Shown in pieces: positions 43,234 to 52,971 of a stretch of 64,000 bases of DNA. The notes under the pieces are model-generated. The model saw nothing but the letters and a program-made list of their open reading frames with translations, was not told where the DNA came from and made no database searches. The translations under genes were made by a program, and so were the position numbers. Numbering within the stretch: the first letter of the stretch is position 1; each line of letters opens with the position of its first letter. Origin of the DNA: Thermodesulfovibrionales bacterium (GTDB taxonomy: Bacteria; Nitrospirota; Thermodesulfovibrionia; Thermodesulfovibrionales; SM23-35); contig CAVQRT010000030.1 in NCBI GenBank assembly GCA_963715195.1, positions 64,001 through 128,000 of the forward strand, written 5' to 3'.

Positions 43234-44835
43234 ATGGAAAAGAGAACAATCATTGCATTAGGACTCTCCTTCGTAATCCTTTTGATATATCAGTTCCTGT
43301 TTGTCAAGCCTGACCCCCGAAAAGTTTCTCAACAGCCAGAGGCGGTTCAACAAGAACACCCGGTATCACCGTTGCCTGAAGCAACCCCTGCTTCGCAACC
43401 GTCAGAAGTCGCGGCCCGGGAAATGCCTTCTGAGGAAACCTTGATCAGGGTTGAAAACGACTTATATGCAGCGGTATTTTCGTCACGAGGTGCTACATTA
43501 CACTCCTACGAGCTGAAAAAATATCACGATAACAACGGAAAGAATGTTGTCCTGCTCAAAAGTCCGGGCACCATCGCTCCTCTGGCAATCGGGTCAAAAG
43601 AAGACCTTGAACTTGCAGAGATGCAGTTTCTAACCATGGGACAGGATATAAAACTCGATTCCGCAAACCCATCCGGCACCCTTGTCTTTGTTTATGCGGA
43701 TTCAGGGGTCTCTGTTAAACGTACATATACATTTTCCAATAATACATACGAAGTAGGAGTCAAAGACGAAGTGTCAGGGCTTCCCGATTACTTGATTACC
43801 TTAGGATCTGATTTTGGTCTTTATGACAGGAAAAACACCTGGTCTCATGTAGGGCCCGTGCTCCTCAAGGATACAGACAGAATCGAATTTAGTCCAACGC
43901 AGCTGAATGAAACAAAAAGCTATACGCAGGGACTCAAATGGATAGCACAGGAAGACAAGTATTTCTTTGCCGCTCTCGTACCCACAACTCCCATGGAAGA
44001 GGCAAAAATATGGGAACAAAAGGATTCAGTGATCGCTGCTTTCAAAGGAAAACCGGGGACCCACAGCTTCATCCTTTACGCCGGACCAAAACAATATGAT
44101 GCGCTCAAGGCGCTCAACGTAGGTCTCGAGCATATTGTCGATTTCGGTTTCTTTTCGATTATTGCATTGCCCCTCTTCTGGGTTCTCAAATTCTTCTATC
44201 AGTTAATTGGCAACTATGGTTGGGCAATCGTACTCTTGACGATCCTTGTGAGAATACCTTTCATCCCACTTGTAAATAAGAGTCAAAAATCCATGAAGAA
44301 GATGCAGGACATCCAGCCCAGGATGGCGGAGGTTCGAGAAAAATATAAAAAGGACCCGCAAAAAATGCAGCAGGAGATGATGCAGCTCTATAAAACACAC
44401 AAGGTGAATCCCCTCGGCGGTTGCCTGCCGATGCTCCTCCAAATTCCTGTTTTCTTCGCGCTCTACAAAATATTGCTCATCACAATCGAACTGCGTCAGG
44501 CTCCTTTTATGCTCTGGATACAGGACCTCTCCGCCCCTGATACACTTTTCGGCCATCTTCCCGCTTATATTCCGCTTATCGGCGGTTTTGCTGTCGGTCC
44601 CCTTCCCATTCTAATGGGCGCCACCATGCTCATTCAGCAGAAGATGACACCAACGTCGCTTGATCCAACGCAAAACAAAATAATGATGCTCATGCCCATC
44701 GTCTTCACATTCCTTTTCCTGAATTTTGCCTCCGGGCTTGTGCTCTACTGGCTCATGAACAACATCTTCAGCATCGCTCAGCAATTTTATGTAAACCAGA
44801 AGCTTGCACGAGAAAAAGCAGCGGGTAAAGCGTAA
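43234..44835 (+). CDS. yidC: Membrane protein insertase YidC
   Basis: GNYGWAI, NPLGGCLP.L.Q.P and GLVLYW motifs. Confidence 0.96.
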   Translation: MEKRTIIALGLSFVILLIYQFLFVKPDPRKVSQQPEAVQQEHPVSPLPEATPASQPSEVAAREMPSEETLIRVENDLYAAVFSSRGATLHSYELKKYHDNNGKNVVLLKSPGTIAPLAIGSKEDLELAEMQFLTMGQDIKLDSANPSGTLVFVYADSGVSVKRTYTFSNNTYEVGVKDEVSGLPDYLITLGSDFGLYDRKNTWSHVGPVLLKDTDRIEFSPTQLNETKSYTQGLKWIAQEDKYFFAALVPTTPMEEAKIWEQKDSVIAAFKGKPGTHSFILYAGPKQYDALKALNVGLEHIVDFGFFSIIALPLFWVLKFFYQLIGNYGWAIVLLTILVRIPFIPLVNKSQKSMKKMQDIQPRMAEVREKYKKDPQKMQQEMMQLYKTHKVNPLGGCLPMLLQIPVFFALYKILLITIELRQAPFMLWIQDLSAPDTLFGHLPAYIPLIGGFAVGPLPILMGATMLIQQKMTPTSLDPTQNKIMMLMPIVFTFLFLNFASGLVLYWLMNNIFSIAQQFYVNQKLAREKAAGKA

Positions 44836-44873
44836 CCTGTTGCTATAAAAACAGTCTGCTTCCCACGAATTTA

Positions 44874-46268
44874 ATGTTTTCTGACGATGACACAATAGCC
44901 GCCATTTCAACACCTCTGGGCCAGGGCGGTATCGGCATTGTCAAGACGAGCGGCAGCAATGCACTCAGCATCGCCGGCCGCATATTCATTTCACTGAAGA
45001 AGAAACACCTGAGCGAGATAAAAAATTACTCTCTAACATACGGCTACATCTTCGATCCTTCAACAGGGGAAAACATTGACGAAGTGCTTCTCGCGATCAT
45101 GAGATCCCCTTACTCTTATACAAAAGATGATGTCGTGGAGATCAACTGCCATGGCGGTATGGTTTCACTGACAAAAATCCTAGACCTCGTTCTCAAACAA
45201 GGCGCACGGCTTGCAGAGCCCGGCGAGTTTACGAAAAGGGCTTTCCTCAGTGGACGGATAGACCTTAGCCAGGCCGAGGCCGTTCTTGACCTAATCAGGT
45301 CAAAGACTGACGAAAGTAGAAGGATAGCCCTTGAACAACTCCGGGGCGGTCTCTCTGAAAAGATTACATTATTAAGAGACCGCCTAATGGAGACCTGTGC
45401 CAATATCGAAGCATTCATAGATTTCCCGGAGGACGAGATCGAAACTGATTCAAAACAGGATTTATCTTCATCTATGGAGAAAATTCATCAGGGACTTCTG
45501 AAGCTTGTCAAGACCTATGAAGAAGGACGTTTCTTCAGGGAAGGTTTATCGACAGCGATTGTCGGAAGGCCGAATGTCGGGAAATCATCACTTCTAAATG
45601 TACTGCTTCAGAAAGACCGGGCTATCGTGACTGAAATCCCGGGAACGACCCGGGATATCATTGAAGAATATCTGAACATTCAGGGATTGCCTCTTCGGAT
45701 CATGGATACCGCAGGGATAAGGGATGTAAAGGATCTGGCTGAAAAAGAAGGGGTAAGAAGAAGTTTGCAGAGTATCGAAAATGCAGACCTTGTTATCGCA
45801 CTGTTTGATCAGAGTGTGTCTTTGCAGGAAGAAGATTTTGAGGTTTTAAAAAAAATAAAGGATCGGAATACGATTTTCGTTCTGAATAAATCCGATCTGC
45901 CATCAGCTTTTGATAGGACAATTTTTTCATCCTTCATCCCTCATCCTTCATCCTTATGCTTATGTATCTCTGCGACAAGAGGCGACGGAATCGAGGAACT
46001 GAAAGAGGCGGTCTTTCATGCATGCCTGAAGAATTGGAAAGAGGAACGGGAAGGAATTATCGTCACAAATCTCAGGCATAAGACGGCAATTCAAAATGCT
46101 GCAACATCGCTTATGAATGCTATGCGGGCGTTAACAGAAAATCAGCCCATCGAAATCATCGCGTTCGAACTCCGGGATTCACTTGATAAACTTGGGGAAA
46201 TCGTCGGATCCGTTACGACAGACGATATTCTAAAAAAAATATTCGATGAATTTTGCATTGGGAAATAA
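44874..46268 (+). CDS. mnmE: tRNA modification GTPase MnmE
   Basis: DTIAAISTP, GRPNVGKSS, GTTRD, DTAG, NKSD and C-terminal FCIGK. Confidence 0.97.
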   Translation: MFSDDDTIAAISTPLGQGGIGIVKTSGSNALSIAGRIFISLKKKHLSEIKNYSLTYGYIFDPSTGENIDEVLLAIMRSPYSYTKDDVVEINCHGGMVSLTKILDLVLKQGARLAEPGEFTKRAFLSGRIDLSQAEAVLDLIRSKTDESRRIALEQLRGGLSEKITLLRDRLMETCANIEAFIDFPEDEIETDSKQDLSSSMEKIHQGLLKLVKTYEEGRFFREGLSTAIVGRPNVGKSSLLNVLLQKDRAIVTEIPGTTRDIIEEYLNIQGLPLRIMDTAGIRDVKDLAEKEGVRRSLQSIENADLVIALFDQSVSLQEEDFEVLKKIKDRNTIFVLNKSDLPSAFDRTIFSSFIPHPSSLCLCISATRGDGIEELKEAVFHACLKNWKEEREGIIVTNLRHKTAIQNAATSLMNAMRALTENQPIEIIAFELRDSLDKLGEIVGSVTTDDILKKIFDEFCIGK

Positions 46269-46376
46269 AGTCTGTCCCTCAGCATTACCCCAAAAAATGC
46301 ATTTAAAAAGTACGGATGTTGTGAGAATAATTATTTTTCGAGCAATGTCTGCACTTTTCGGGTTAAGGAGGCTCAA

Positions 46377-46475
46377 ATGGTTGCACTGATATTCTATATC
46401 ACCATTGCTATAACAATAGTAGCTGTCATATTCAGCGTTATTTATTGGATTCAGGAGAGAAAAAACCGCTTTTGA
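46377..46475 (+). CDS. Putative 32-aa single-pass membrane protein
   Basis: AAGGAGG SD followed by MVALIFYITIAITIVAVIFSVIYWIQERKNRF*. Confidence 0.5.
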   Translation: MVALIFYITIAITIVAVIFSVIYWIQERKNRF

Positions 46476-46494
46476 AATACTGTTTCCGTAATCC

Positions 46495-47130
46495 TCAATT
46501 CTTCCGGGCCGAAATCACGACAAACAGTCCCTCTCCATGCCCTTCCTTTACCTGCTCCAAGTCAGAAATTTCTTCAGGATTATGAAAGAGTGTTTGCAGA
46601 ATCCGGACATTATTGTAACCCGTTATCTGAAGCCATTCTAAAACCTGATTAACGGAATAAAACCTGGCATCTTTAAAAAACCTGCTGCCCTGTTTCTTCA
46701 TTTCATACAACTTACCGGGCGGACTGTTTTTGTCCAGCATTCCGATGATGATCGTTCCGGCAGGGCAAAGAATTCTGCTGCTCTCCTGCAGGGCCTCCAA
46801 TGGATTTTCGAGAAAACAGAGTGTTGTAACCATTAACACAAAATCAAAAGTAGTGTCACCAAACGGCAGCTTCTCCGCTTTTGCATCATGGACGGTAATG
46901 CCTCTGCTCTTCGCGATTTCAGCCATCTCCTCTGAAGGTTCAACCCCGGTTGCTATTCCGAACGGCACGGAAAATCGCCCGGTCCCGACTCCTATTTCTA
47001 CACCTTTACCGCTTTGTGGCAATAGCATCCTCACCGCCCGTAATTCGGACTGATATACCCATGAATGCCTATCAAACCACGCATCGTATTCCCGGGCGTT
47101 CTCATCAAATGCCTTCATCTTGTTCGTCAT
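46495..47130 (-). CDS. Class I SAM-dependent methyltransferase
   Basis: VEIGVGTGRF and AEKLPF...FD motifs; start at 47130 or 47118. Confidence 0.9.
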   Translation of the reverse strand: MTNKMKAFDENAREYDAWFDRHSWVYQSELRAVRMLLPQSGKGVEIGVGTGRFSVPFGIATGVEPSEEMAEIAKSRGITVHDAKAEKLPFGDTTFDFVLMVTTLCFLENPLEALQESSRILCPAGTIIIGMLDKNSPPGKLYEMKKQGSRFFKDARFYSVNQVLEWLQITGYNNVRILQTLFHNPEEISDLEQVKEGHGEGLFVVISARKN

Positions 47131-47449
47131 CGCTGTAATTGCCCCATATCGGGTCACGTCCAAACCTTTTTGCCCACATTTCTTCAGGGGAGATATATTT
47201 TTCAACTTCTTCTTTGGAAAAAGAAAAACGATACTGTTCACAGTAATCCATTAGTGCTCTGTAGGCGCTGATAATTTCAACTGTCTTTTCTCTCCGTATC
47301 TCCTTGTTATCATTACTTAAATCGGGATGCCATTCTTTGAGCAATTCCCGGTATCTGTTTTTAATATCCTGCAAGGTTGCCACTTCCTTCAGGCCAAGCA
47401 CCTTTCGGGCCTTTGTTATCTCTTCATATTTTCCAATGGGTATAGTCAC
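47105..47449 (-). CDS. Small DnaJ-domain protein
   Basis: LGL...IK..YR.L.K.WHPD J-domain motif. Confidence 0.88.
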   Translation of the reverse strand: MTIPIGKYEEITKARKVLGLKEVATLQDIKNRYRELLKEWHPDLSNDNKEIRREKTVEIISAYRALMDYCEQYRFSFSKEEVEKYISPEEMWAKRFGRDPIWGNYSDDEQDEGI

Positions 47450-47503
47450 TACAGGTACTTTTCAGATTGTATGTGGATTATACCGCCCAAATATTTTTTC
47501 GCT

Positions 47504-47815
47504 TTAAAAGGTGAGCACCTTATCGGCTTCTATGACTAACTCATAAAGATCATTCATGTATCCGATCGGACAAACCTTGGCTCCCACGAGACCGTGGGCT
47601 TTCATGCACACCCCTCAGACGTACATGTTCCCCTTGTACTGATCGACCTGTTCCTGGACATTAAACTGTTCGTTTCCGCTTTGCTCAAATAAGACACCTT
47701 TACCGAGCATGAAAATATTCACTTCATCACCTTTGCCTACGGCCACGTTGGCAAGTCTCATCGCATTGTAAACAGTCTCCGCATCATTTGTCGAAATGAC
47801 GAAAAGAATATTCAT
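47504..47815 (-). CDS. DsrE/DsrF-like protein, probable selenoprotein (UGA at 47615-47617)
   Basis: The frame continues past the UGA as YV-U-GVCMKAHGLVGAKVCPIGYMNDLYELVIEADKVLTF* (103 aa total), a typical DsrE C-terminus. Confidence 0.85.
47583..47598 (-). promoter_or_regulatory. Putative bacterial SECIS element
   Basis: CCCACG-GTCT-CGTGGG hairpin starting 16 nt after the UGA, with G as the first loop base. Confidence 0.75.
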
Positions 47816-47970
47816 AGATACCCTCTCCTCCTGCTCAATAGCGTGAGCAAATGTATCGAAATTCTACAGCATTGTGAAATGCGATATCAATATTCCAGGT
47901 TCTTTTATCACACCCCACAGAATGGAAGGAGATTGCAGAAGAGGTGCACGATCCTTTAAAATCTATCGTT

Positions 47971-48057
47971 GCCGGTGTGGTGGAATTGGCAGACGCGCCG
48001 GACTCAAAATCCGGTGGGGGCAACTCCGTGTGGGTTCGACTCCCACCACCGGCACCA
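47971..48057 (+). tRNA. tRNA-Leu(CAA)
   Basis: GCCGGTG/CACCGGC acceptor stem, CT-CAA-AA anticodon loop, long variable arm, GGTTCGAC, encoded CCA. Confidence 0.95.
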
Positions 48058-48060
48058 GGA

Positions 48061-48837
48061 TCAGGAACCCCGCAGCCATTTAACCAGATTGTTTCCGAGT
48101 GCCATATTCTCCTTCTCGAGAAATATGTTTTGAAAAATTGCGTCGTCTCCGAAGATTACGTATTGTCCCTTGTTATAGGTGCCTGCGATGGCAACACCAA
48201 ATGATTGTGAGGCATCATTACTGTTAAATTGTCCGTCCCGGTTGAGGTCAATCCATGCCTTCTGGCTGGTCCTTGCGATAATTTTCCCCTGAGCGCTGTC
48301 ACTGATAAGAGCCCATCCGCCATGAACACCAATTTTCTCTATTCCCTTGGTGATTGGGTGCTGATCCATTTTCGTTATAAAGAAATCCTTTGGTTCATTC
48401 CTGATAAGATTCTCCTTTTCGAGAATGACCCCGTTGGAAGCAAATACCCGAAGGCGGCTCATGAGCCCCGTCAATGGGTGCGGGATGTGAAGCATGATAC
48501 AGAGACTGCCTCCTCCATCCAAAAACCGCAGAATGGCTTCGATTTCAGCGGGGTTAACAGCAACGAATGCCCCCGAAATTACCAGAACACTGACGCCTTT
48601 CATTGTGTCATCAGTGATCAATCCAGTCCCGGTTTTGACAAGATATCCTCCATTTTTAAACAACGCTGATAGTTTAGAAAGCTGTAAATCCCCCTCTTTC
48701 TCGATGAGGAATTTCTGACCATGTCCCTGGTCAAACATCACAGTCGGCTTTTTGTCATCGGCCTGAACTCCTACAAGTAACGACTGTATCAGCATGAACA
48801 GAGCGGCCATCGCTATCAATTGTTTCCGCACACTCAT
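48061..48837 (-). CDS. Exported hypothetical protein (GATase-like/DUF4350-like fold)
   Basis: Signal peptide; FDQGHG, F...GG.L and GDDAIFQN motifs. Confidence 0.65.
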   Translation of the reverse strand: MSVRKQLIAMAALFMLIQSLLVGVQADDKKPTVMFDQGHGQKFLIEKEGDLQLSKLSALFKNGGYLVKTGTGLITDDTMKGVSVLVISGAFVAVNPAEIEAILRFLDGGGSLCIMLHIPHPLTGLMSRLRVFASNGVILEKENLIRNEPKDFFITKMDQHPITKGIEKIGVHGGWALISDSAQGKIIARTSQKAWIDLNRDGQFNSNDASQSFGVAIAGTYNKGQYVIFGDDAIFQNIFLEKENMALGNNLVKWLRGS

Positions 48838-48903
48838 TTCTCCTTTCGTTAGTTATGCTGAAAACGCTTTGTATCGCAAGCATTCATCCGGGCATGATAA
48901 ATA

Positions 48904-50130
48904 TTATTCCCTGATTGATTCTGATGATGTTCGGCCCCATACAGCATAAACCGGATCTGCAATCTGCGTTTCAACAAAATGTTTATCATGGAGCGGCCTC
49001 GGCCTGCCTCTCATTGAATACGTGCTGATATTCCCGAACTTCCCCGAACGCAGGAAATATTCGAGGACAAGCCCTACCCGCTCGAACTCATGGAGTTCTG
49101 TCCATATGTGAATGGTCTTTGGCGGAAACCAGCGGTTTGAGAAGGCCGCGACAAAAATACCCCCCGGTATCAGAACCCGCGCCACTTCTTCAAAAACCCT
49201 GAATGGCTGAGTCAGATATTCTACGGATACGGTACAGATGACCAAGTCGAATGTATGATCCTGAAACGGGAGGCGATAGTCCCTGTTCAGATCATGGATG
49301 ACAAAATCACTCAGCTGCTTGTTGTCTTCCATCTCCTCCCTGTTCAATCCGAGACCGATAAGGGATTGCAGGACAATATTCTCCGGGATATGAGAACGCC
49401 AGCTGCTCATAAGATCAAGCACCCTCATTCCATCTTTCAGGAGACTGCCGTAAATCCCTCGTATGATCCCAAGAGCTTCGTCATCTGTATGCGTAAGAAG
49501 ACGGGGAGCGCTGTAGAAAACTGAGTCGTCATTTTCATCAGCCCGTTTAAACGGACTGTCCGAAAAAAAATCGGTCGCCTTTCCTTTCGAGCGTGCCTGC
49601 ATGCCCGGCCCATTGGAAATAACCTCCATCCAGTCCGTGCATGAACCGCCCACGTCTCCGGATTTCTTACCAACAGAATCGATGCCTGCAAAAAGTTGAA
49701 CAGGCTTTTGGGAAAGAGGATGATTGAAATCGACTCTCATCTGAGTTGCGTCAACGCCGACACATCGAAACGGTTCAATATTCCCCCGGAAGACGTTCGG
49801 CAAACCTCTTAAAATTCCCTTGGGATAGAACCTCCCGAACCGCGGGCCCATAGATACAGGCAGACCGTAACGCGTATCGAAGTGCCGCAGTTCAAAATCG
49901 AATTCGTTATCCGCGTGATATGATGTGACTATTTCGTTGACCGCCCCGCTGAGAAGAAACCGTTCGCCTTCCACTTTCCCAATGAATGAGTCATAAAACT
50001 TTCTGGAGAAGATGTCCCTCCAGAAAGTTACCCTTTTTGCATAGTAACAGTCGGTATGATCTGCATGAGAGCTGTTCCATCGCAGGATGAATTCGATACT
50101 TGCAATTCCCCTGGATTCTATTTTTGCCAT
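48904..50130 (-). CDS. Methyltransferase-domain protein with an N-terminal SlyD/FKBP-like segment
   Basis: VDFNHPL segment; VLDLMSSW.SH, SVEYL.QP and FSNRWFP motifs. Confidence 0.8.
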   Translation of the reverse strand: MAKIESRGIASIEFILRWNSSHADHTDCYYAKRVTFWRDIFSRKFYDSFIGKVEGERFLLSGAVNEIVTSYHADNEFDFELRHFDTRYGLPVSMGPRFGRFYPKGILRGLPNVFRGNIEPFRCVGVDATQMRVDFNHPLSQKPVQLFAGIDSVGKKSGDVGGSCTDWMEVISNGPGMQARSKGKATDFFSDSPFKRADENDDSVFYSAPRLLTHTDDEALGIIRGIYGSLLKDGMRVLDLMSSWRSHIPENIVLQSLIGLGLNREEMEDNKQLSDFVIHDLNRDYRLPFQDHTFDLVICTVSVEYLTQPFRVFEEVARVLIPGGIFVAAFSNRWFPPKTIHIWTELHEFERVGLVLEYFLRSGKFGNISTYSMRGRPRPLHDKHFVETQIADPVYAVWGRTSSESIRE

Positions 50131-50131
50131 G

Positions 50132-51991
50132 CTATCCGGATGCCAGAGATTTTTTATTCGTGTGCGCCCTCCTGAGCTTCTCGATCGCAATCATCAGGAG
50201 AGAGAGTGCCGCCGGGGTAATGCCCGGTATCCTGCCCGCCTGGCCAAGGGTTACCGGCCTGACGTCGAGCAATTTCAGAAGGACTTCCCGGGAAAGACCG
50301 TTCACCGAATTGTAATCAAAGTTATCAGGGATTCGTTTCCCTTCAATTTTTTTGAGTCTTTCGGCCATCTCCATCTGGCGCAGAATGTAGCCATCATACT
50401 TGACCTGAATCTCAACCTGCCTTTTCATTTCAGGCGTCAGGGGCTGATCAGAGGACGAACGTTCATCAATGAATGCATAGGTTATCTCGGGTCTTTTTAA
50501 AAACTGTTCCAACGTTTCATTCCTGTTCTCATCAACTTTAATCCGAGTCCTTTTCAATCGCTCCATTTCATCATGAATCAGCCTCTTTTTCTCGAGGAAT
50601 TTTTGGTATATGGCCTCATCGAGAAGCCCGATACCGTACCCTTTGTCCATCAATCTGAGATCGGCATTATCGTGGCGTAATAGGAGCCGGTATTCTGCCC
50701 GCGAGGTGAACATCCGATAAGGTTCGTTGGTCCCTTTTGTTGTCAGGTCATCAATAAGGACACCGGTGTATGCCTCGTGGCGTCCGAGGATGAACGGTTC
50801 CCTGCCCCGGAGTTTCAACGCCGCATTAATCCCAGCCATGAGTCCCTGTGCTGCGGCTTCCTCATATCCGGATGTTCCGTTTATCTGACCAGCCAAAAAA
50901 AGCCCGCCGATGATTTTTGCTTCGAGGTTTTGCTTCAGTTGCGTGGGATATATAAAATCGTACTCGATTGCATACCCGGGCCGCATGATTTCCACCTCTT
51001 CAAGGCCCGGGATAGTCCGCACAAATTTAACCTGCACATCATAGGGAAGGCTTGTCGGTATTCCATTTGCATAATATTCTTTTGTCTCAAGACCCTCGGG
51101 CTCAAGAAATACCTGGTGCCGCTCACGTTCGGCAAACCGTACAACCTTATCTTCAATCGACGGACAATAGCGCGCCCCTATCCCTTTGATCTTGCCGCTA
51201 TACAAGGGTGACCGGTCAAGATTCCCCAAAATAATCCGGTGAGTTTCGGCATTCGTATAGGTTATGAAGCAGGGGAGCTGCGGATTGGTAATTTCTTCAG
51301 TGGAGTGGGAGAAAGCAACGGGAGGTTCATCTCCGTATTGTGGTTCTGTCTTTGAAAAATCTATAGTTTTCGCGTCAAGCCTCGGAGGCGTACCGGTCTT
51401 TAGCCTGCCTATTTTCAGGCCAAGGCTGCTAAGCGACTCTGACAGTCCGTTTGACGGGAATTCACCCGCCCTTCCGGCAGGGAAATTTTCGAGCCCGACG
51501 TGAATCAATCCCTTCAGGAAAGTCCCGGTTGTGACAATGACGGCCCGTGCCCCGAAGAAAACACCCAGAGAGGTAAGCACACCCTTCACATTCCCGTTCT
51601 CGGTGATAATCTTTTCTGCGAGTGCCTGCTTGATATCCAGGTTTTCCTGGTTTTCGAGAACCTTTCGCATGGCAAGCTTATATAAAACTCTGTCAGCCTG
51701 AGCACGGAGCGACCAGACTGCAGGTCCCTTGCTCATGTTCAGCATTCTGAACTGGATTCCTGCTTTATCTGTAACCTTAGCCATCTCGCCGCCGAGGGCA
51801 TCGATCTCCCGGACAAGATGCCCTTTCGCAAGTCCCCCGATTGCGGGGTTGCATGACATCTGAGCAATAGTATCAAGATTGATGGTGAACAGGCATGTCG
51901 ACAACCCAAGGCGCGCAGCTGCAAGAGCGGCCTCGCACCCGGCATGCCCTGCGCCGATGACCACAATATCATAATCGCGTCCTTTATACAT
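50132..51991 (-). CDS. mnmG: tRNA uridine-5-carboxymethylaminomethyl synthesis enzyme MnmG (GidA)
   Basis: [26 protein letters not shown] and [16 protein letters not shown] motifs. Confidence 0.98.
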   Translation of the reverse strand: MYKGRDYDIVVIGAGHAGCEAALAAARLGLSTCLFTINLDTIAQMSCNPAIGGLAKGHLVREIDALGGEMAKVTDKAGIQFRMLNMSKGPAVWSLRAQADRVLYKLAMRKVLENQENLDIKQALAEKIITENGNVKGVLTSLGVFFGARAVIVTTGTFLKGLIHVGLENFPAGRAGEFPSNGLSESLSSLGLKIGRLKTGTPPRLDAKTIDFSKTEPQYGDEPPVAFSHSTEEITNPQLPCFITYTNAETHRIILGNLDRSPLYSGKIKGIGARYCPSIEDKVVRFAERERHQVFLEPEGLETKEYYANGIPTSLPYDVQVKFVRTIPGLEEVEIMRPGYAIEYDFIYPTQLKQNLEAKIIGGLFLAGQINGTSGYEEAAAQGLMAGINAALKLRGREPFILGRHEAYTGVLIDDLTTKGTNEPYRMFTSRAEYRLLLRHDNADLRLMDKGYGIGLLDEAIYQKFLEKKRLIHDEMERLKRTRIKVDENRNETLEQFLKRPEITYAFIDERSSSDQPLTPEMKRQVEIQVKYDGYILRQMEMAERLKKIEGKRIPDNFDYNSVNGLSREVLLKLLDVRPVTLGQAGRIPGITPAALSLLMIAIEKLRRAHTNKKSLASG

Positions 51992-52119
51992 CAATGTACT
52001 ATAAAGGATTTTTTTGACCTTATTCAATGAAGAGCCGCAAACAGCTTGTGTTATAATTCACCATGCACATGCCTTTCAACGACGTCTTGAAAATTCTTTG
52101 CAGCATATAAAGGAATTCC

Positions 52120-52971
52120 TTGCTTTACTATACAAAAATATTCCTCGGCGGCACCTGCAACAACAACTGCCTGCACTGTCCTCCTGAACATAAAAATTCA
52201 CCTCAGATTGATTTCAACACGATCAGGAGTTCATTGGAGCAGAAAGAGTCGGATAGCATCGTTCTCTATGGCGGGGAGCCTACCCTCAGGAACGATCTGC
52301 TGAACCTGGTCTCAGCTGCCCGGGGAAAGGGCTACAGGAGAATTAAACTCATTACGAATGGTCGTACGTTTTCGAATATCCATTATCTCCAGCAATTGAT
52401 GAATGCAGGGTGTTTATTATTCGAAATCACCTTGTGGGGATCCAATCCGAACCTTCACGATCATCTGAGCAGTGCGTCCGGCAGTTTCTGGGAAACTCTC
52501 AGCGGACTGGAAAATCTGTCTGGAACCACCCACGATAAATTCCTTTGCATCCGAATCCCGATCTGCAAGGAAAACTTCTCAGATCTTCAAAATTGCGTGA
52601 TAACGGCCCTGAATGTTGGTTCAAACCGGATCATCCTCTCGATGCAGGATCAGACCCTCTCTTTGCACTCTGTCCTCCCCCATATCTCAAACAGCATAAA
52701 TATCAGCATCTTTAACCGAGTCTGGGTCCTGACCGAAGGTATTCCCTTCTGCCTTATGCAGGGACTTGAACAGCATATCAGTGAAATTTATACGGGATGG
52801 GAAACCATTTATCCGAGGATATACCAGAAGAACAAACAATGCACTGAATGCATCTACGAAAATCTCTGTCCCGGGGCAGGAGCTCAATATGTTAAAAAAT
52901 TTGGAAACAGTGAATTGAAACCCGTGAGGGCAGGAAAACATTTCCAGGATATCAAAGCACTCTATGACTAA
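52120..52971 (+). CDS. Radical SAM protein with a C-terminal Cys cluster
   Basis: CNNNCLHC, GGEPT, TNG, C-terminal IPFC...CTECIYENLCPG; TTG start. Confidence 0.85.
   Translation: MLYYTKIFLGGTCNNNCLHCPPEHKNSPQIDFNTIRSSLEQKESDSIVLYGGEPTLRNDLLNLVSAARGKGYRRIKLITNGRTFSNIHYLQQLMNAGCLLFEITLWGSNPNLHDHLSSASGSFWETLSGLENLSGTTHDKFLCIRIPICKENFSDLQNCVITALNVGSNRIILSMQDQTLSLHSVLPHISNSINISIFNRVWVLTEGIPFCLMQGLEQHISEIYTGWETIYPRIYQKNKQCTECIYENLCPGAGAQYVKKFGNSELKPVRAGKHFQDIKALYD

Noticed and set aside
47971..48057. tRNA-Leu as an island or prophage attachment site
   Set aside because: I saw no integrase and no duplicated tRNA 3' end in the window.
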